A DNA stretch of 64,000 bases from NCBI GenBank assembly GCA_963748825.1, contig CAVVKN010000006.1, forward strand, positions 96,001 through 160,000. Direction: 5' to 3'. Of this stretch, positions 28,397-39,093 are shown piece by piece. Position 1 is the first letter of the stretch. Each line of letters starts with the position of its first letter. The stretch is from Methanotrichaceae archaeon (GTDB lineage: Archaea; Halobacteriota; Methanosarcinia; Methanotrichales; Methanotrichaceae). The notes under the pieces are model-generated. The model was not told the DNA's origin and searched no databases. It saw only the letters and a list, made by a program, of their open reading frames with translations. Both the position numbers and the translations under genes were made by a program.

Positions 28397-30109
28397 TTGA
28401 TAACAGCAAGCGAGGTCTTAAGTTCCATCCAGTCCGCATTTCCTGGAGCCGTCCAAGACTCCAGGGTGGAATCGGACCGGAGGCTTTGGGCCACAATTGA
28501 CTCTAATAAGATTTTGGATGTCTGCAAACACCTCAGTTCTAAGCATAGCTTTGATCACTACTCTGGTTCTGCAGGTGTGGACTGGATAGCCAGAAAGGAG
28601 ATGGAAGTGGTAGCGATCATGGCCAGCCACGGTGCACATCAGGTTGTGGCCATGCTGAAAATAAAGACACCCCGCGAAAATCCTTCCGTCAAGTCCTTGA
28701 CCGGGCTGTACTGGAATGCCAGCTGGTATGAGCGAGAGATCTGGGAGATGCTTGGCATCAATTTCGAGGGCCATCCCGAGCTTTATCCTTTACTCCTATC
28801 TGATGAGTTGATGGGGGCCTGGCCCTGGAGAAAGGATTACAAGGGCTATCCCGATCTTACCACGGGCGAAAGAGCGGTAGAAATCACCACTCCGGAGGGC
28901 TATACGGAATACCACATTCCTCCCACCCCTGCGGAGATCGAGGCGGGAACTGTGGTTGTAGAGCGGCCCAAGTACCCAACCTTCCGGGAGAGGGAGGAAA
29001 TGGCAATCACCTCGGACTCCGAGATGATTATGCACCTGGGTCCTCAACATGCCATGGTCCCCGGACCCTTCTTGCTGGATATACTGGTGGAAGGTGAAAG
29101 GGTAAAGAAGGCCTTCCTTGATCTAGGGTACATTCACAAAGGCATCGAAAAGATCATGGAGAACAGAACCTGGCTGCAGGGCATAACCTATACGGACAGA
29201 ATGTGCTACGTGGCCTCACTCTCCAACAACGAGTGCTACTGTGGTGCCGTGGAGAAGATCCTGGGCCTGGAAGTTCCAGAGAGGGCGCAGTACATCCGAG
29301 TCATCCTAGAAGAGCTTTCCAGAATTCAAAGCCACCTCATAGGAACAGGCGAGTTCCTGACGCTCGTCGCAGGTGTCGGTTACGCACCATGGCAGTACAT
29401 GATCATGGACAGAGAGAAGATCATCTCTCTGATTGAGAGCGTTACCGGGGCCAGGCTGACTCATACCTTCGTGCGCTTTGGAGGGGTTCGTAACGACCTT
29501 CCGGAAGGCTTCGCCGAGCAATGCCGAAAGGTTTTGCCCTACATGAAGTCCAGGACGGAGGAATTCATTGAGCTATTTGCCCAGGATCCAATTTACCATG
29601 CCAGGATGGAGAATATAGGTTGCATCTCACCTGAGACTGCCAAGCGCATGGGATGCGCAGGGCGGGTGCTGAGGGCGGCGGGCGTGGCCTATGATATGCG
29701 AAAAGAAGACCCCATACTGGTCTATCCCGATCTTGACTTCAAGGTCATAACTGGGACGAGAGGAGACTCTGCCGACAGAATCGACGTCACGCTGAGAGAG
29801 ATATTGGAGAGCATTCACATCATCGAGCAATGTCTGGACAGAATTCCATCCGGACCCATCAAGACCGAGGCAAAGATTCCCAAGAAGGTTCCGGCGGGCG
29901 AGGCCTACTACCGGGTTGAGGATCCCAGAGGCGAGATGGGAATGTATGTGATCAGTGATGGTGGAGACAAGCCCTATCGGGTAAAGGTCAGAGGGCCATT
30001 CTACGCTACCTTCCAGACTTTGACTCCGCTCTTAGAGGGTGTCTACATTGCAGATGCAGTAGCCATTGCCGGTAGCATGGACGGCTGCCCATCTGAGTCG
30101 GACAGATAG
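28397..30109 (+). CDS. fpoCD: Fpo complex fused subunit C/D
   Basis: C domain (WYEREIWEMLGINFEGHP) in frame with D domain (GPQH, GYIHKGIEK, DRMCY, PRGE). Confidence 0.93.
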   Translation: MITASEVLSSIQSAFPGAVQDSRVESDRRLWATIDSNKILDVCKHLSSKHSFDHYSGSAGVDWIARKEMEVVAIMASHGAHQVVAMLKIKTPRENPSVKSLTGLYWNASWYEREIWEMLGINFEGHPELYPLLLSDELMGAWPWRKDYKGYPDLTTGERAVEITTPEGYTEYHIPPTPAEIEAGTVVVERPKYPTFREREEMAITSDSEMIMHLGPQHAMVPGPFLLDILVEGERVKKAFLDLGYIHKGIEKIMENRTWLQGITYTDRMCYVASLSNNECYCGAVEKILGLEVPERAQYIRVILEELSRIQSHLIGTGEFLTLVAGVGYAPWQYMIMDREKIISLIESVTGARLTHTFVRFGGVRNDLPEGFAEQCRKVLPYMKSRTEEFIELFAQDPIYHARMENIGCISPETAKRMGCAGRVLRAAGVAYDMRKEDPILVYPDLDFKVITGTRGDSADRIDVTLREILESIHIIEQCLDRIPSGPIKTEAKIPKKVPAGEAYYRVEDPRGEMGMYVISDGGDKPYRVKVRGPFYATFQTLTPLLEGVYIADAVAIAGSMDGCPSESDR

Positions 30110-30121
30110 GAGGGAGAGGAT

Positions 30122-31174
30122 TTGGACGGAATAATAGAGATCATCACAAAATTCGCTGCCCAGGAGCCGGCAATATTCGCCCTGATCATCGGCATTATCG
30201 GTGCTGCGGTAATCTCTGGTGTGGTCAACGTTGGAGCCATGCTAGTGATCTGGGGCGAGAGAAAGGTACTGAGTGATTTCTGCAATAGGTATGGTCCCAA
30301 TCGTGTGGGCGGAAGATGGGGCATATTGCAGCTGGGTGCCGATGCTATTAAGCTCTTCACCAAAGAGGATATCATCCCTGGTGATGCAGATAAGGCAGTC
30401 TATGTCTGGGCACCGATAGTGGCCTCCATGGCTACCATGCTCGTGGCAGCGGCCATTCCTTTTGGGGCACTACACATCGGCGGCAAGAATGTACCGCTGG
30501 TAGTGGCCAATATGGATATCAGTGCCTTCTATGTAGAGGCAGCCTTGAGCCTGATGGCCATAGCCGTTTTCATGGCAGGCTACAGCTCCAACAATAAGTA
30601 CTCAATTCTGGGTGCCTTCCGAGGCATTGCCAGAATGATCGCTTACGAGGTTCCCATGGGTGTCTGCGTCATATCCGTAGCAGTCATGGCTCACAGCCTC
30701 AACCTGGTGGAGATCGTAGAGAGCCAAACGGTTTGGTACGCCTTCGCTCAGCCTCTGGGATTTGCCATTTTCGTTATAGCCCTGATCACAGATTTGGGAA
30801 GAATTCCCTTCGATCAGAGCGAGGCAGAAGAAGAGATCATATCCGGTTACAATACCGAGTACAGCGGAATTCGCTGGGGTCTGCTCTACTTCCAGGAATA
30901 CAATAACGCGCTCTTGGGATCCATACTGCTGACACTCTTATTCCTGGGTGGCTGGCATGGACCGATCATACCCATACCGATCCTGGACATAATCTCTCCT
31001 TTGATCTGGCTTTTCATGAAGGTAGTAATCGTACTGTGGTTCTTCATTTGGGTCAGAAGCTCGCTCTTCCGTCTGCGCATCGATCAGGTAACTGACTTCG
31101 GATGGAAGTGGATGCTGCCGCTCTCCCTGCTTAATTTGGGATGGGCAGTCCTAATCGGGTCTTACTTTGCATGA
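30122..31174 (+). CDS. fpoH: Fpo complex subunit H
   Basis: ERK...RYGPNRVG, ADAIKLFTKED, RIPFDQSEAEEE. Confidence 0.95.
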   Translation: MDGIIEIITKFAAQEPAIFALIIGIIGAAVISGVVNVGAMLVIWGERKVLSDFCNRYGPNRVGGRWGILQLGADAIKLFTKEDIIPGDADKAVYVWAPIVASMATMLVAAAIPFGALHIGGKNVPLVVANMDISAFYVEAALSLMAIAVFMAGYSSNNKYSILGAFRGIARMIAYEVPMGVCVISVAVMAHSLNLVEIVESQTVWYAFAQPLGFAIFVIALITDLGRIPFDQSEAEEEIISGYNTEYSGIRWGLLYFQEYNNALLGSILLTLLFLGGWHGPIIPIPILDIISPLIWLFMKVVIVLWFFIWVRSSLFRLRIDQVTDFGWKWMLPLSLLNLGWAVLIGSYFA

Positions 31175-31186
31175 GGTGGCATTGAG

Positions 31187-31786
31187 ATGTTGAAGATAAA
31201 GTTATTAAAGAACTTCAGCTGGCCTTTGAAGATCGCCACGCAGGAAATCGAGATTACAAGGCTCTATCCTGAAAAAATGATGGAGCTACCTGCCGCGGAG
31301 AGAGGCATTCACGAGCTGGATGCCACCATATGCATCGGTTGTGGGACCTGCGCCAGGGTCTGCCCCAATAGCTGCATTGAGATGGTCCATTACAAGTATG
31401 GAAGTCCTCTCAAGAACAAGAAGATGCAGTTTCCGCAAATTGACTTTGGAAGGTGTATGTTCTGCGGCCTATGCGTGGACGATTGCCCGGTGGAATGCTT
31501 GAAGATGGGCAAAAAGGTCATAATGGCCGGCTGGGAGCGCAAAGACATTATAAAGGGCCCTGACTTCCTGGCGACAAAGAAGTTCTCTGCCAAAGAGGTT
31601 GCAGATCTCGAGGCTGAGGCCAAGAGGATTGCCGCTGAAAAGGCTGCAGCCAAGAAAGCAGCTGATGCCAAGAAGGCGGCTGATGCCAAAAAGCCGGCGA
31701 AAGAAGGAGATGCTGCTGCCAATGGTGCAGCCAAGAAGAAAGGAGCTGCAGCAGAGGCCAAGCCTAAGGAGGGAGGTGCTGCATGA
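31187..31786 (+). CDS. fpoI: Fpo complex subunit I with Lys/Ala-rich tail
   Basis: Two CxxCxxCxxxCP motifs; C-terminal AAKKAADAKK repeats. Confidence 0.95.
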   Translation: MLKIKLLKNFSWPLKIATQEIEITRLYPEKMMELPAAERGIHELDATICIGCGTCARVCPNSCIEMVHYKYGSPLKNKKMQFPQIDFGRCMFCGLCVDDCPVECLKMGKKVIMAGWERKDIIKGPDFLATKKFSAKEVADLEAEAKRIAAEKAAAKKAADAKKAADAKKPAKEGDAAANGAAKKKGAAAEAKPKEGGAA

Positions 31787-32214
31787 TGTCGGAAAAGTCG
31801 GGCACAAATGTCATTCGGACAATCTTCGAGCTATTGGTTTTGCTCTTAGCTCTGGGTGTGATCTTCGGTGGCCTGGCGTTGGTTGTTCTTCTGTCGCCCT
31901 GGTCGCAAACGGTCTTGGATAAGCTATTGGCCTACGACATACGATTTGCCATTGAGCTTGTGGCCTTCCTGACCATTGCTGCAATCATCGTGCTTTTATC
32001 GGCTCTTATGGTCTACGCCAAAAATATAGTTCACAGCGCTCTTTACCTGCTGGGAACCTTTGCCGGAGTGGCCGCTTTATACATATCACTGAATGCCCCC
32101 TTCGTGGGTGTGGCTCAGATCCTTGTTTATATTGGAGCCGTTGGAGTTCTGATACTCTTTGCCGTGATGCTCACGAGGAAGACGATTATGGAGGAGTCCC
32201 ATGGTGAAATTTAA
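31783..32214 (+). CDS. fpoJ: Fpo complex subunit J1 (N-terminally extended)
   Basis: NIVHSALYL...QILVYIGAVGVLILFAVML. Confidence 0.9.
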   Translation: MMSEKSGTNVIRTIFELLVLLLALGVIFGGLALVVLLSPWSQTVLDKLLAYDIRFAIELVAFLTIAAIIVLLSALMVYAKNIVHSALYLLGTFAGVAALYISLNAPFVGVAQILVYIGAVGVLILFAVMLTRKTIMEESHGEI

Positions 32215-32464
32215 GATAATTATCATAACCCTGGCCTTCCTGGCTGCTCTCTTCGCCTCGTTCTCCCTTACCGATTGGGGGGCCAGCGAAAAACAGCCGC
32301 TCAGCTTTGAGCCACGGGAGGGATTGAGGTTGCCGGAGAGCGGCATTGGAGACGTGGGATTTGAGATCTTCACCTCTTACGTCTTTGCCTTTGAGATCCT
32401 GGCCCTGGTCTTGACGGCTGCCCTGGTCGGAGCGGTCTGGGTAGCACGAAAGGAGGTTGCCTGA
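32201..32464 (+). CDS. fpoJ: Fpo complex subunit J2
   Basis: [23 protein letters not shown]. Confidence 0.88.
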   Translation: MVKFKIIIITLAFLAALFASFSLTDWGASEKQPLSFEPREGLRLPESGIGDVGFEIFTSYVFAFEILALVLTAALVGAVWVARKEVA

Positions 32465-32502
32465 GGAGGGCGACAACAGATGACAAGGAGGGAGATTTAC
32501 CG

Positions 32503-32805
32503 ATGATACCGTTGGAGCTTTATATACTGCTGGCATCCACGATGTTCACCATCGGCTTGTACGGACTCGTTACTCAAAAGAACGGTGTCAAGCTAATGAT
32601 GTGCATCGAGCTCTTGCTCAATAGCGCCAACATCAATCTTGTCGCCTTCTCAGCGTACCAGCCTAATGTGAATGGCCAGGTCTTTGCCCTGTTCTCCATT
32701 GCGCTGGCAGCGGCTGAAGCAGGCGTTGGATTTGCCATATTGATTGCGCTGTACAGGCTATACGGAACTATTGACCTGGACAACATTAACGCCATGAGGT
32801 GGTAA
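32503..32805 (+). CDS. fpoK: Fpo complex subunit K
   Basis: [24 protein letters not shown]. Confidence 0.95.
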   Translation: MIPLELYILLASTMFTIGLYGLVTQKNGVKLMMCIELLLNSANINLVAFSAYQPNVNGQVFALFSIALAAAEAGVGFAILIALYRLYGTIDLDNINAMRW

Positions 32806-32808
32806 GAA

Positions 32809-34854
32809 ATGTACGCTGATTATGCTTATCTGATAGTAGCACTTCCCGTACTGGCTTTCTTGCTATGCCTTTTCCTGGGCTGGCATCTGCCCAGAGGCGG
32901 AGGCTTTATCACCGTCCTGGCAACTTTTGGCGCGCTGATAGTATCTCTGGGAATATTCTCAGAGACCTATCCAAGTGAGATCATACATCAATCCATGCCC
33001 TGGTTTGCAGATTTCAATGTAGGCATATTGATAGATCCTCTAGCGCTAGTGATGCTGCTCATGGTATCCTTTGTGGTTACACTTATCCACATCTACGGCA
33101 ATGGATACATGAATGGCGATCCAGGCGCAGCCAGATACTTCGCTGAGGCGGCATTATTTTCCGCTGCTATGCTAGGGCTGGTCTACGCCGATAACCTGCT
33201 TCAGCTCTTCATATTCTGGGAGCTGGTGGGACTGTGTTCATATCTCTTGATCGGCTTTTGGTACAGAAAGCCCTCGGCAGCTGCGGCTGCTAAGAAGGCT
33301 TTCCTGACCACGCGCATCGGCGACGTTCTTTTCCTGGCAGGCATAATTCTGCTTTACAATAACCTCGCCGACCTGCATCTCGTTCTCAAGCCCGGAGAGT
33401 ACCTCTTGCAGTTCCCGGTGATCTATGCTCATATCGCTGAGATTCCCGGCACTCAACTCACTCTCATCGCCCTGGGACTATTGGGTGGCGCAGTGGGCAA
33501 ATCAGGTCAGTTCCCCCTGCATGTTTGGCTTCCTGATGCCATGGAGGGTCCCACCACCGTCTCAGCCATGATCCATGCTGCGACCATGGTTACAGCAGGT
33601 GTCTATCTGGTGGCCAGAATGTTCCCTCTCTTCTACGCCGCTCCTTATGGACTGACGGCAGTAGCAGCAGTAGGTGCGTTCACAGCTTTATTTGCAGCAA
33701 CCATGGGCCTGACTTCCTTCGATATCAAGAGAGTTCTGGCCTTTTCAACTGTCTCGCAGCTCGGCTTCATGATGGCCGGCCTGGGTGTAGGAGCAGCAGT
33801 AGGAGCCGTTGCCGTGGGAGTTTCCATGTTCCACCTCATCGGCCATTCCTTCTTCAAATCGCTGCTCTTCCTTTGCGCCGGATCTGTTATTCACGCCGTC
33901 AATACTAATGACTTGAGGGAGATGGGAGGCGTAGGAAAGTACATGAAATGGACCATGTACACCATGCTCATAGGCTCACTATCCCTGGCAGGATTCCCCT
34001 TATTCACGGGATTCTTCTCCAAGGATGAGATCATAGTAATCGCCTATGAGTACGGCACCATGATCAACTTCCTGCCCTACATATTCCTGGTATTGGCCGC
34101 GGTTCTGACCGCTATCTATACCTTCAGAATGTGGTTCTCGGTCTTTACCGGCAAGGAAAGGTCCGACTACGCTCATCACGAATCGCCCTGGGTTATGCTC
34201 GGGCCGCTGGTGATCTTAGCTGTATTTGCCTTTGGATTCGGCTGGGCGGCGCAAGATGACTTCTATAGTTACCTTGACTCCACCTTCGAAGATGTCGACT
34301 TTGTAGAACTCAGTGTAATCGGAGGCCATGCGATGCTTGAAGGAGAGCACGGCGCTCCTGCCGCTGAGGGCGAGCACGGTGCCGTCGCTGCTGAAAGTGG
34401 GCATGGTGCTGCAGCTGAAGGAGAAGCCGGCGGAGAAGAAGCTCATGGTGAGCCCTGGTACATCCAGATACTGCCAATATTTGTTGCCATTGGCGGCATT
34501 CTCTTAGCTGGGCTCTTCTATTGGGACAAAATCAAGAAGTTTGACCCAAGCCAGGTTACTGGCGACAGGGATCCCATTCGCAAAATGTTGCTTAAGGGAT
34601 ACTACCAGCACGAAATCATGACCGGCTGGTTCGCTGAAACTGTAGTCTACGGCACGGCTTTGATCTGCAATATGATCGACATCAAGCTCGTAGACGGCTG
34701 GCTCAACTGGCTCAGTGCCTGGGTTATGGGCTTTGCACAGCATGTGAGAAAGGTTCAGACCGGCATAATTCAAAACTATGTCACGGCGCTGGTGCTGGGA
34801 GTTGTGGTGCTGGTGGTTGTAATTACTCTGGCTAGGGAGGTGGGCCTGGTATGA
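32809..34854 (+). CDS. fpoL: Fpo complex subunit L
   Basis: WELVGLCSYLLIGFW, KSGQFPLHVWLPDAMEGPT. Confidence 0.95.
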   Translation: MYADYAYLIVALPVLAFLLCLFLGWHLPRGGGFITVLATFGALIVSLGIFSETYPSEIIHQSMPWFADFNVGILIDPLALVMLLMVSFVVTLIHIYGNGYMNGDPGAARYFAEAALFSAAMLGLVYADNLLQLFIFWELVGLCSYLLIGFWYRKPSAAAAAKKAFLTTRIGDVLFLAGIILLYNNLADLHLVLKPGEYLLQFPVIYAHIAEIPGTQLTLIALGLLGGAVGKSGQFPLHVWLPDAMEGPTTVSAMIHAATMVTAGVYLVARMFPLFYAAPYGLTAVAAVGAFTALFAATMGLTSFDIKRVLAFSTVSQLGFMMAGLGVGAAVGAVAVGVSMFHLIGHSFFKSLLFLCAGSVIHAVNTNDLREMGGVGKYMKWTMYTMLIGSLSLAGFPLFTGFFSKDEIIVIAYEYGTMINFLPYIFLVLAAVLTAIYTFRMWFSVFTGKERSDYAHHESPWVMLGPLVILAVFAFGFGWAAQDDFYSYLDSTFEDVDFVELSVIGGHAMLEGEHGAPAAEGEHGAVAAESGHGAAAEGEAGGEEAHGEPWYIQILPIFVAIGGILLAGLFYWDKIKKFDPSQVTGDRDPIRKMLLKGYYQHEIMTGWFAETVVYGTALICNMIDIKLVDGWLNWLSAWVMGFAQHVRKVQTGIIQNYVTALVLGVVVLVVVITLAREVGLV

Positions 34855-36353
34855 TATCAAACGTAGTCTCGCTATTGATTGCCATTCCCCTTCTAGGGGC
34901 GGTGGTATCCTTCTTTGCGGGAACCAAGGCTAAATTCGTGGCCCTAATAGCCTCGCTTATACCTCTGGCCCTATCCCTGCAAATGTACATGGAGTTTGAC
35001 AAAACTTCGAAAGTAATGCAGTTTGTGGAGAGCTACAACTGGGTTCCTTCCCTTGGCGTCAAGTATACTGTGGGCGTCGACGGCATAGGCTTTCCCTTAG
35101 TTCTGCTTTCTACGATCGTATCCGTACTGGTAATAATATACTCCTGGGGAGAGACAAAGAAGCCCAATCAGTACTTTGCCCTGCTTCTGCTCAATGAAGT
35201 GGGCGTGCTGGGAGTCTTTACATCGCTGGACTTCTTCCTGTTCTACATCTTCTGGGAGATAGTGCTCATCCCCATGTTCTTCCTCATAGGATCGTGGGGC
35301 GGACCGAGAAAGGACTACGCTGCAGTCAAGTTCTTCATCTACACCCACGTGGCAAGCCTGGTGATGCTGCTGGCCATCTTCGCCCTGTACTTCACTTATC
35401 AGATGCCCGACGGGTCGAGAACCTTCGATATGCTGACCTTGCTAGCAGCGACAGCGGACAAGACCATATTCCCAACCGGCATGCTCAATATTATCTTCGC
35501 CGGGCTTCTTCTGGGATTTCTGGTCAAGATGCCTGCCTTTCCCTTCCATACCTGGCTGCCGGATGCTCACGTCGAAGCACCCACAGCCGGTTCGGTTGTT
35601 CTGGCAGCTCTGCTGCTTAAAATGGGCGGATACGGCCTTTTCAGGATTATCCTGCCCATGCTCCCCCACGTCGACAAGGCATTCGTGACCATCATCGCCA
35701 TCATTGCGGTGATATCCATAGTCTACGGAGCCTTCATGGCGCTGGCACAAAAGGACATCAAGAAGCTAGTGGCATACTCATCCGTCAGCCACATGGGCTT
35801 TGTAACGCTCGGAGCTGTGGCCTTTACCTGGATGTCAGTTACGGGAGCCATGTTCCAGCAGTTCTCACACGGCATCATCACCTGCGTCCTGTTCATGTCC
35901 GCTGGTACAATCCAGCACGTGGTAGGGACCAGGGTCATTGCCGATCTCGGTGGGCTGGCTGATCGCATGCCCAAGTTCGCCGTCATCATGATGGCCGGAT
36001 TCATGGCCTCTTTGGGACTGCCGGGCATGAGCGGCTTCGTGGCCGAGTTCATGGTTCTGACCGGATCGTTTGCAACGCTGCCAGTCTACACCATGATCGT
36101 AGTCTTCCTGAGCATTGTGACCACGGCCGCCTATCACCTCTGGGCCATGCAAAAGGCGATGTTCGGACCGATATTGAAGAAGTATATGAATGTGCATGAT
36201 CCGCATGCCTACGAGCTGTTCTCCATGGCCATGATCATAGTTCTCTCTTTGATCTTCGGCCTTCAGCCAGGGCTGATCACAGATATTATGGGAACAGCGG
36301 CAACTCAGGTCATGGAGCCTGTAATGACCCTTACTCAGATGGGGGTGATCTGA
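34851..36353 (+). CDS. fpoM: Fpo complex subunit M
   Basis: FPFHTWLPDAHVEAPT, LLKMGGYG, AYSSVSHMG. Confidence 0.95.
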   Translation: MISNVVSLLIAIPLLGAVVSFFAGTKAKFVALIASLIPLALSLQMYMEFDKTSKVMQFVESYNWVPSLGVKYTVGVDGIGFPLVLLSTIVSVLVIIYSWGETKKPNQYFALLLLNEVGVLGVFTSLDFFLFYIFWEIVLIPMFFLIGSWGGPRKDYAAVKFFIYTHVASLVMLLAIFALYFTYQMPDGSRTFDMLTLLAATADKTIFPTGMLNIIFAGLLLGFLVKMPAFPFHTWLPDAHVEAPTAGSVVLAALLLKMGGYGLFRIILPMLPHVDKAFVTIIAIIAVISIVYGAFMALAQKDIKKLVAYSSVSHMGFVTLGAVAFTWMSVTGAMFQQFSHGIITCVLFMSAGTIQHVVGTRVIADLGGLADRMPKFAVIMMAGFMASLGLPGMSGFVAEFMVLTGSFATLPVYTMIVVFLSIVTTAAYHLWAMQKAMFGPILKKYMNVHDPHAYELFSMAMIIVLSLIFGLQPGLITDIMGTAATQVMEPVMTLTQMGVI

Positions 36354-36354
36354 A

Positions 36355-37851
36355 GTGGAGTTTTCACACTACGCACCCCTCTGGGGAGAAGCGCTACTCA
36401 CAATCCTGGCAGTGCTGGTTGTACTGCTGGGATCCCTGATGAAGAATAGCGGCAAGCTCATGGGATACCTGAGTGCTGCTGGGCTGGTAGCAGCTCTGGG
36501 GCTGGTGGCCTCTAATTTAACCGCCAAACCCGCCCTGTTCTTCTTTGATACCATATCAGTCGACGCCCTGTCTCAGTTCTTTAAGGTCGTCTTCCTGATA
36601 GTATCGCTACTGGTAGTGATAGCCTCCATGTCCAAGTACACGGGAAAGGGCGCAGACGAGTATTATGCACTGCTGCTCTTTGCCACTGTGGGCATGATGG
36701 TCGTCTCCAGCTCCGTTGATATCGTCACCCTGTTCGTGGGCTTCGAGCTGGCCAGCCTGTCCACCTATGCCCTGGCGGCCTTTGATAGAAGCCGGAAGAA
36801 CCTGGAAGCTGCCATGAAGTACTTCATCTTCGGCTCTGTCGCTTCTGCGTTCATGCTCTTCGGCTTCTCGCTGCTCTATGGCATGGCAGGATCCACACAT
36901 CTCGTAGACATCGCCGCAGCATCCCTGGCTAACTTCGGTCCGGCAACGCTGGTGGCTCTGCTCTTCGTCATAGTTGGATTTGGCTTCAAGATGGCACTGG
37001 TGCCTTTCCATATGTGGGCTCCCGATACCTACGAGGGCGCACCGCCCCTGGTCTCGGCCCTGCTCGCTGCGGGCTCTAAGAAGATGGGCTTTGTCGCCGC
37101 CTTCAGGGTAATTCTCATTGCCCTGGTGGCTCTGCGAATGGAATGGTACATGGCCTTCGCCATCCTGGCAACCGTTACCATGACACTGGGTAACCTTGCG
37201 GCCTGCTGGCAAAACAATGTGCGGCGCATACTGGCTTACTCTTCCATCGCTCAGGCGGGCTACATCGCCATCGGCTTCGTAGTGGTAGGAGCGGCTTATG
37301 GAGCTGCACCAGTTAATGTGCTGAACCTGGGGCAGGTGCCAGCGGATCAGCTGGGTATTGCCGGCGCGCTGCTGCTCATCCTGGGACACGCTCTTATGAA
37401 GACGGGAGCTTTCATCGGCACAGCCCAGGTATCGAGCATGGTGTCCAAGGGAAGCGAAACCGACCCTGATGACATATCCAACTATGCAGGTCTGGCCAGA
37501 AGGGCGCCCATAACAGCGTTTTGCATGCTCATCTTCATGTTTGCGCTGGCAGGCATACCCCCAACGGCAGGATACATCGGCAAGTTCGTGCTCTTCAGCT
37601 CGGCCATTTACTCCGGCCTGGTCTGGCTGGCAGTAATTGCCATCCTCAACAGCGCTCTGTCGCTGGTGTACTACCTGAGGATCATCAGCTACATGTACCT
37701 CAAGGAGCCAGCTGGCCCCAAGATCACTGAGCAGAAGGGATATGTGGTAGCGCTCGTCCTGACGCTCATAGGTGTGCTTTGGATCGGCGTCTTCCCAGAG
37801 GCATTCATCAACTGGGCAATGCAGGCAGCAGCAGTTCTGCTGCCTCAATAA
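36355..37851 (+). CDS. fpoN: Fpo complex subunit N
   Basis: EAAMKYF, VPFHMWAPDTYEGAP, LAYSSIAQAGY. Confidence 0.95.
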   Translation: MEFSHYAPLWGEALLTILAVLVVLLGSLMKNSGKLMGYLSAAGLVAALGLVASNLTAKPALFFFDTISVDALSQFFKVVFLIVSLLVVIASMSKYTGKGADEYYALLLFATVGMMVVSSSVDIVTLFVGFELASLSTYALAAFDRSRKNLEAAMKYFIFGSVASAFMLFGFSLLYGMAGSTHLVDIAAASLANFGPATLVALLFVIVGFGFKMALVPFHMWAPDTYEGAPPLVSALLAAGSKKMGFVAAFRVILIALVALRMEWYMAFAILATVTMTLGNLAACWQNNVRRILAYSSIAQAGYIAIGFVVVGAAYGAAPVNVLNLGQVPADQLGIAGALLLILGHALMKTGAFIGTAQVSSMVSKGSETDPDDISNYAGLARRAPITAFCMLIFMFALAGIPPTAGYIGKFVLFSSAIYSGLVWLAVIAILNSALSLVYYLRIISYMYLKEPAGPKITEQKGYVVALVLTLIGVLWIGVFPEAFINWAMQAAAVLLPQ

Positions 37852-37898
37852 AATTTTTGCTCTTAACTTTTTTTTGGCTTTTTGGTTTTGCTATTTTC
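37852..37898 (+). terminator. Oligo-T archaeal terminator of the fpo operon
   Basis: Multiple T tracts immediately after the fpoN stop. Confidence 0.6.
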
Positions 37899-38121
37899 CG
37901 TCTCGATTTTTCCATTTGATTCAATTACTGCAGCTATTCTCGATGCTGACGGCAATATCGTCCGATTGCCAGGCCAGGCACAGTCGCACGAAGCCGCCGC
38001 CCACACACGCGCGCGGGCGGGACCGCCGACGCGAACGGCCGTACATGAAAGCAGAAGCATGAGAAAATTATTTTAACCTTGAAGAACAAGTAAACATTAA
38101 ATCTCCCGGCAGGCCCATCCC

Positions 38122-38328
38122 ATGAGCATAAAGATCATTGAATGCATTTATGAAGGAGGCATCCTCAGACCTCTTGTCAAGGTTGACCTGGAAGAGGGTA
38201 AAAAGGTCAGGCTCTTCCTGAGAGATGAACGGGAAGAGATACTCGACAAGTACGCCGGAATTGTCAAGCTTGGCAGGACGGTAAAGCTCAAAGAAATCCT
38301 GACGTTGGGGGAAGACCGCTGGCAGTAA
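38122..38328 (+). CDS. Antitoxin, DUF104/AF2212-like
   Basis: IECIYEGGILRPLVKVDLEEGKKV. Confidence 0.85.
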   Translation: MSIKIIECIYEGGILRPLVKVDLEEGKKVRLFLRDEREEILDKYAGIVKLGRTVKLKEILTLGEDRWQ

Positions 38329-38768
38329 TGATCGATGCAAACGTATTCCTTTCGTATCTCTTTCCATCAGATAAGCTCGAAGCGGCGAAGAGAGTTTTTC
38401 GGTCCGCTGATGATTCCGTTACCATTCTTGACGTCCTGGAAGAAGTAGTTTACGTTGGCCTATCTCTAAATCACGGCTCGAAGGGATTTAAGCTAAAGGG
38501 AGAGATCATGAAGAAGGGCTTTAGCGAGATGGATCGGCAATTCCTGAGCAATTTGAGAGCCTTTCTGGACGAATACGGGATACGATTGGTAGAGACGCCA
38601 AATGATCTCGAAGCTATCCTGGAAGCCATGGCCGAGGACTTGCTTCTTCCGAGCGATGCTTTGATTGTGGCCTCTTGTAGACATCACAGGATAAAATGCA
38701 TTGCCACCTTTGACAGTGATTTCAAGAGATTGAAAGACTTTGAAATCATCGGAGAGGAAAGCAGATAA
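38328..38768 (+). CDS. PIN-domain (VapC) toxin
   Basis: IDANV...EE...SDALIVA...ATFDSDF; coupled to the antitoxin. Confidence 0.9.
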   Translation: MIDANVFLSYLFPSDKLEAAKRVFRSADDSVTILDVLEEVVYVGLSLNHGSKGFKLKGEIMKKGFSEMDRQFLSNLRAFLDEYGIRLVETPNDLEAILEAMAEDLLLPSDALIVASCRHHRIKCIATFDSDFKRLKDFEIIGEESR

Positions 38769-39093
38769 AGCACTTTTGTGGCGCCATGATGATTCTGCAA
38801 TTGTATTCTTAACCTAATGGATTCAACATAGCTGCTTTCCGGTCGCATACGAGTCTTCGCGCCCATGGCCCGTTGGCCGCCGAGCGATCGCTCCCCGGCC
38901 AGGCTACGGACTTCGCAAAGATGTGGGTGATGCCGGTACCAGTCGTGGCAACAGACTCCCGAGTAACGCAAGCTGATTATCGACCTAGGCCTTGAAACCT
39001 GCAAAGAAGCTGGAAGATCTCGTAAATCCAAGAATGGTGTGCTGGCAAGAATCTGATTCAGTCAAAAGAAGTAACCACAAAGGATGGAATTTG

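Noticed and set aside
36607-37848. 413-aa minus-strand ORF
   Set aside because: Antisense shadow of fpoN.
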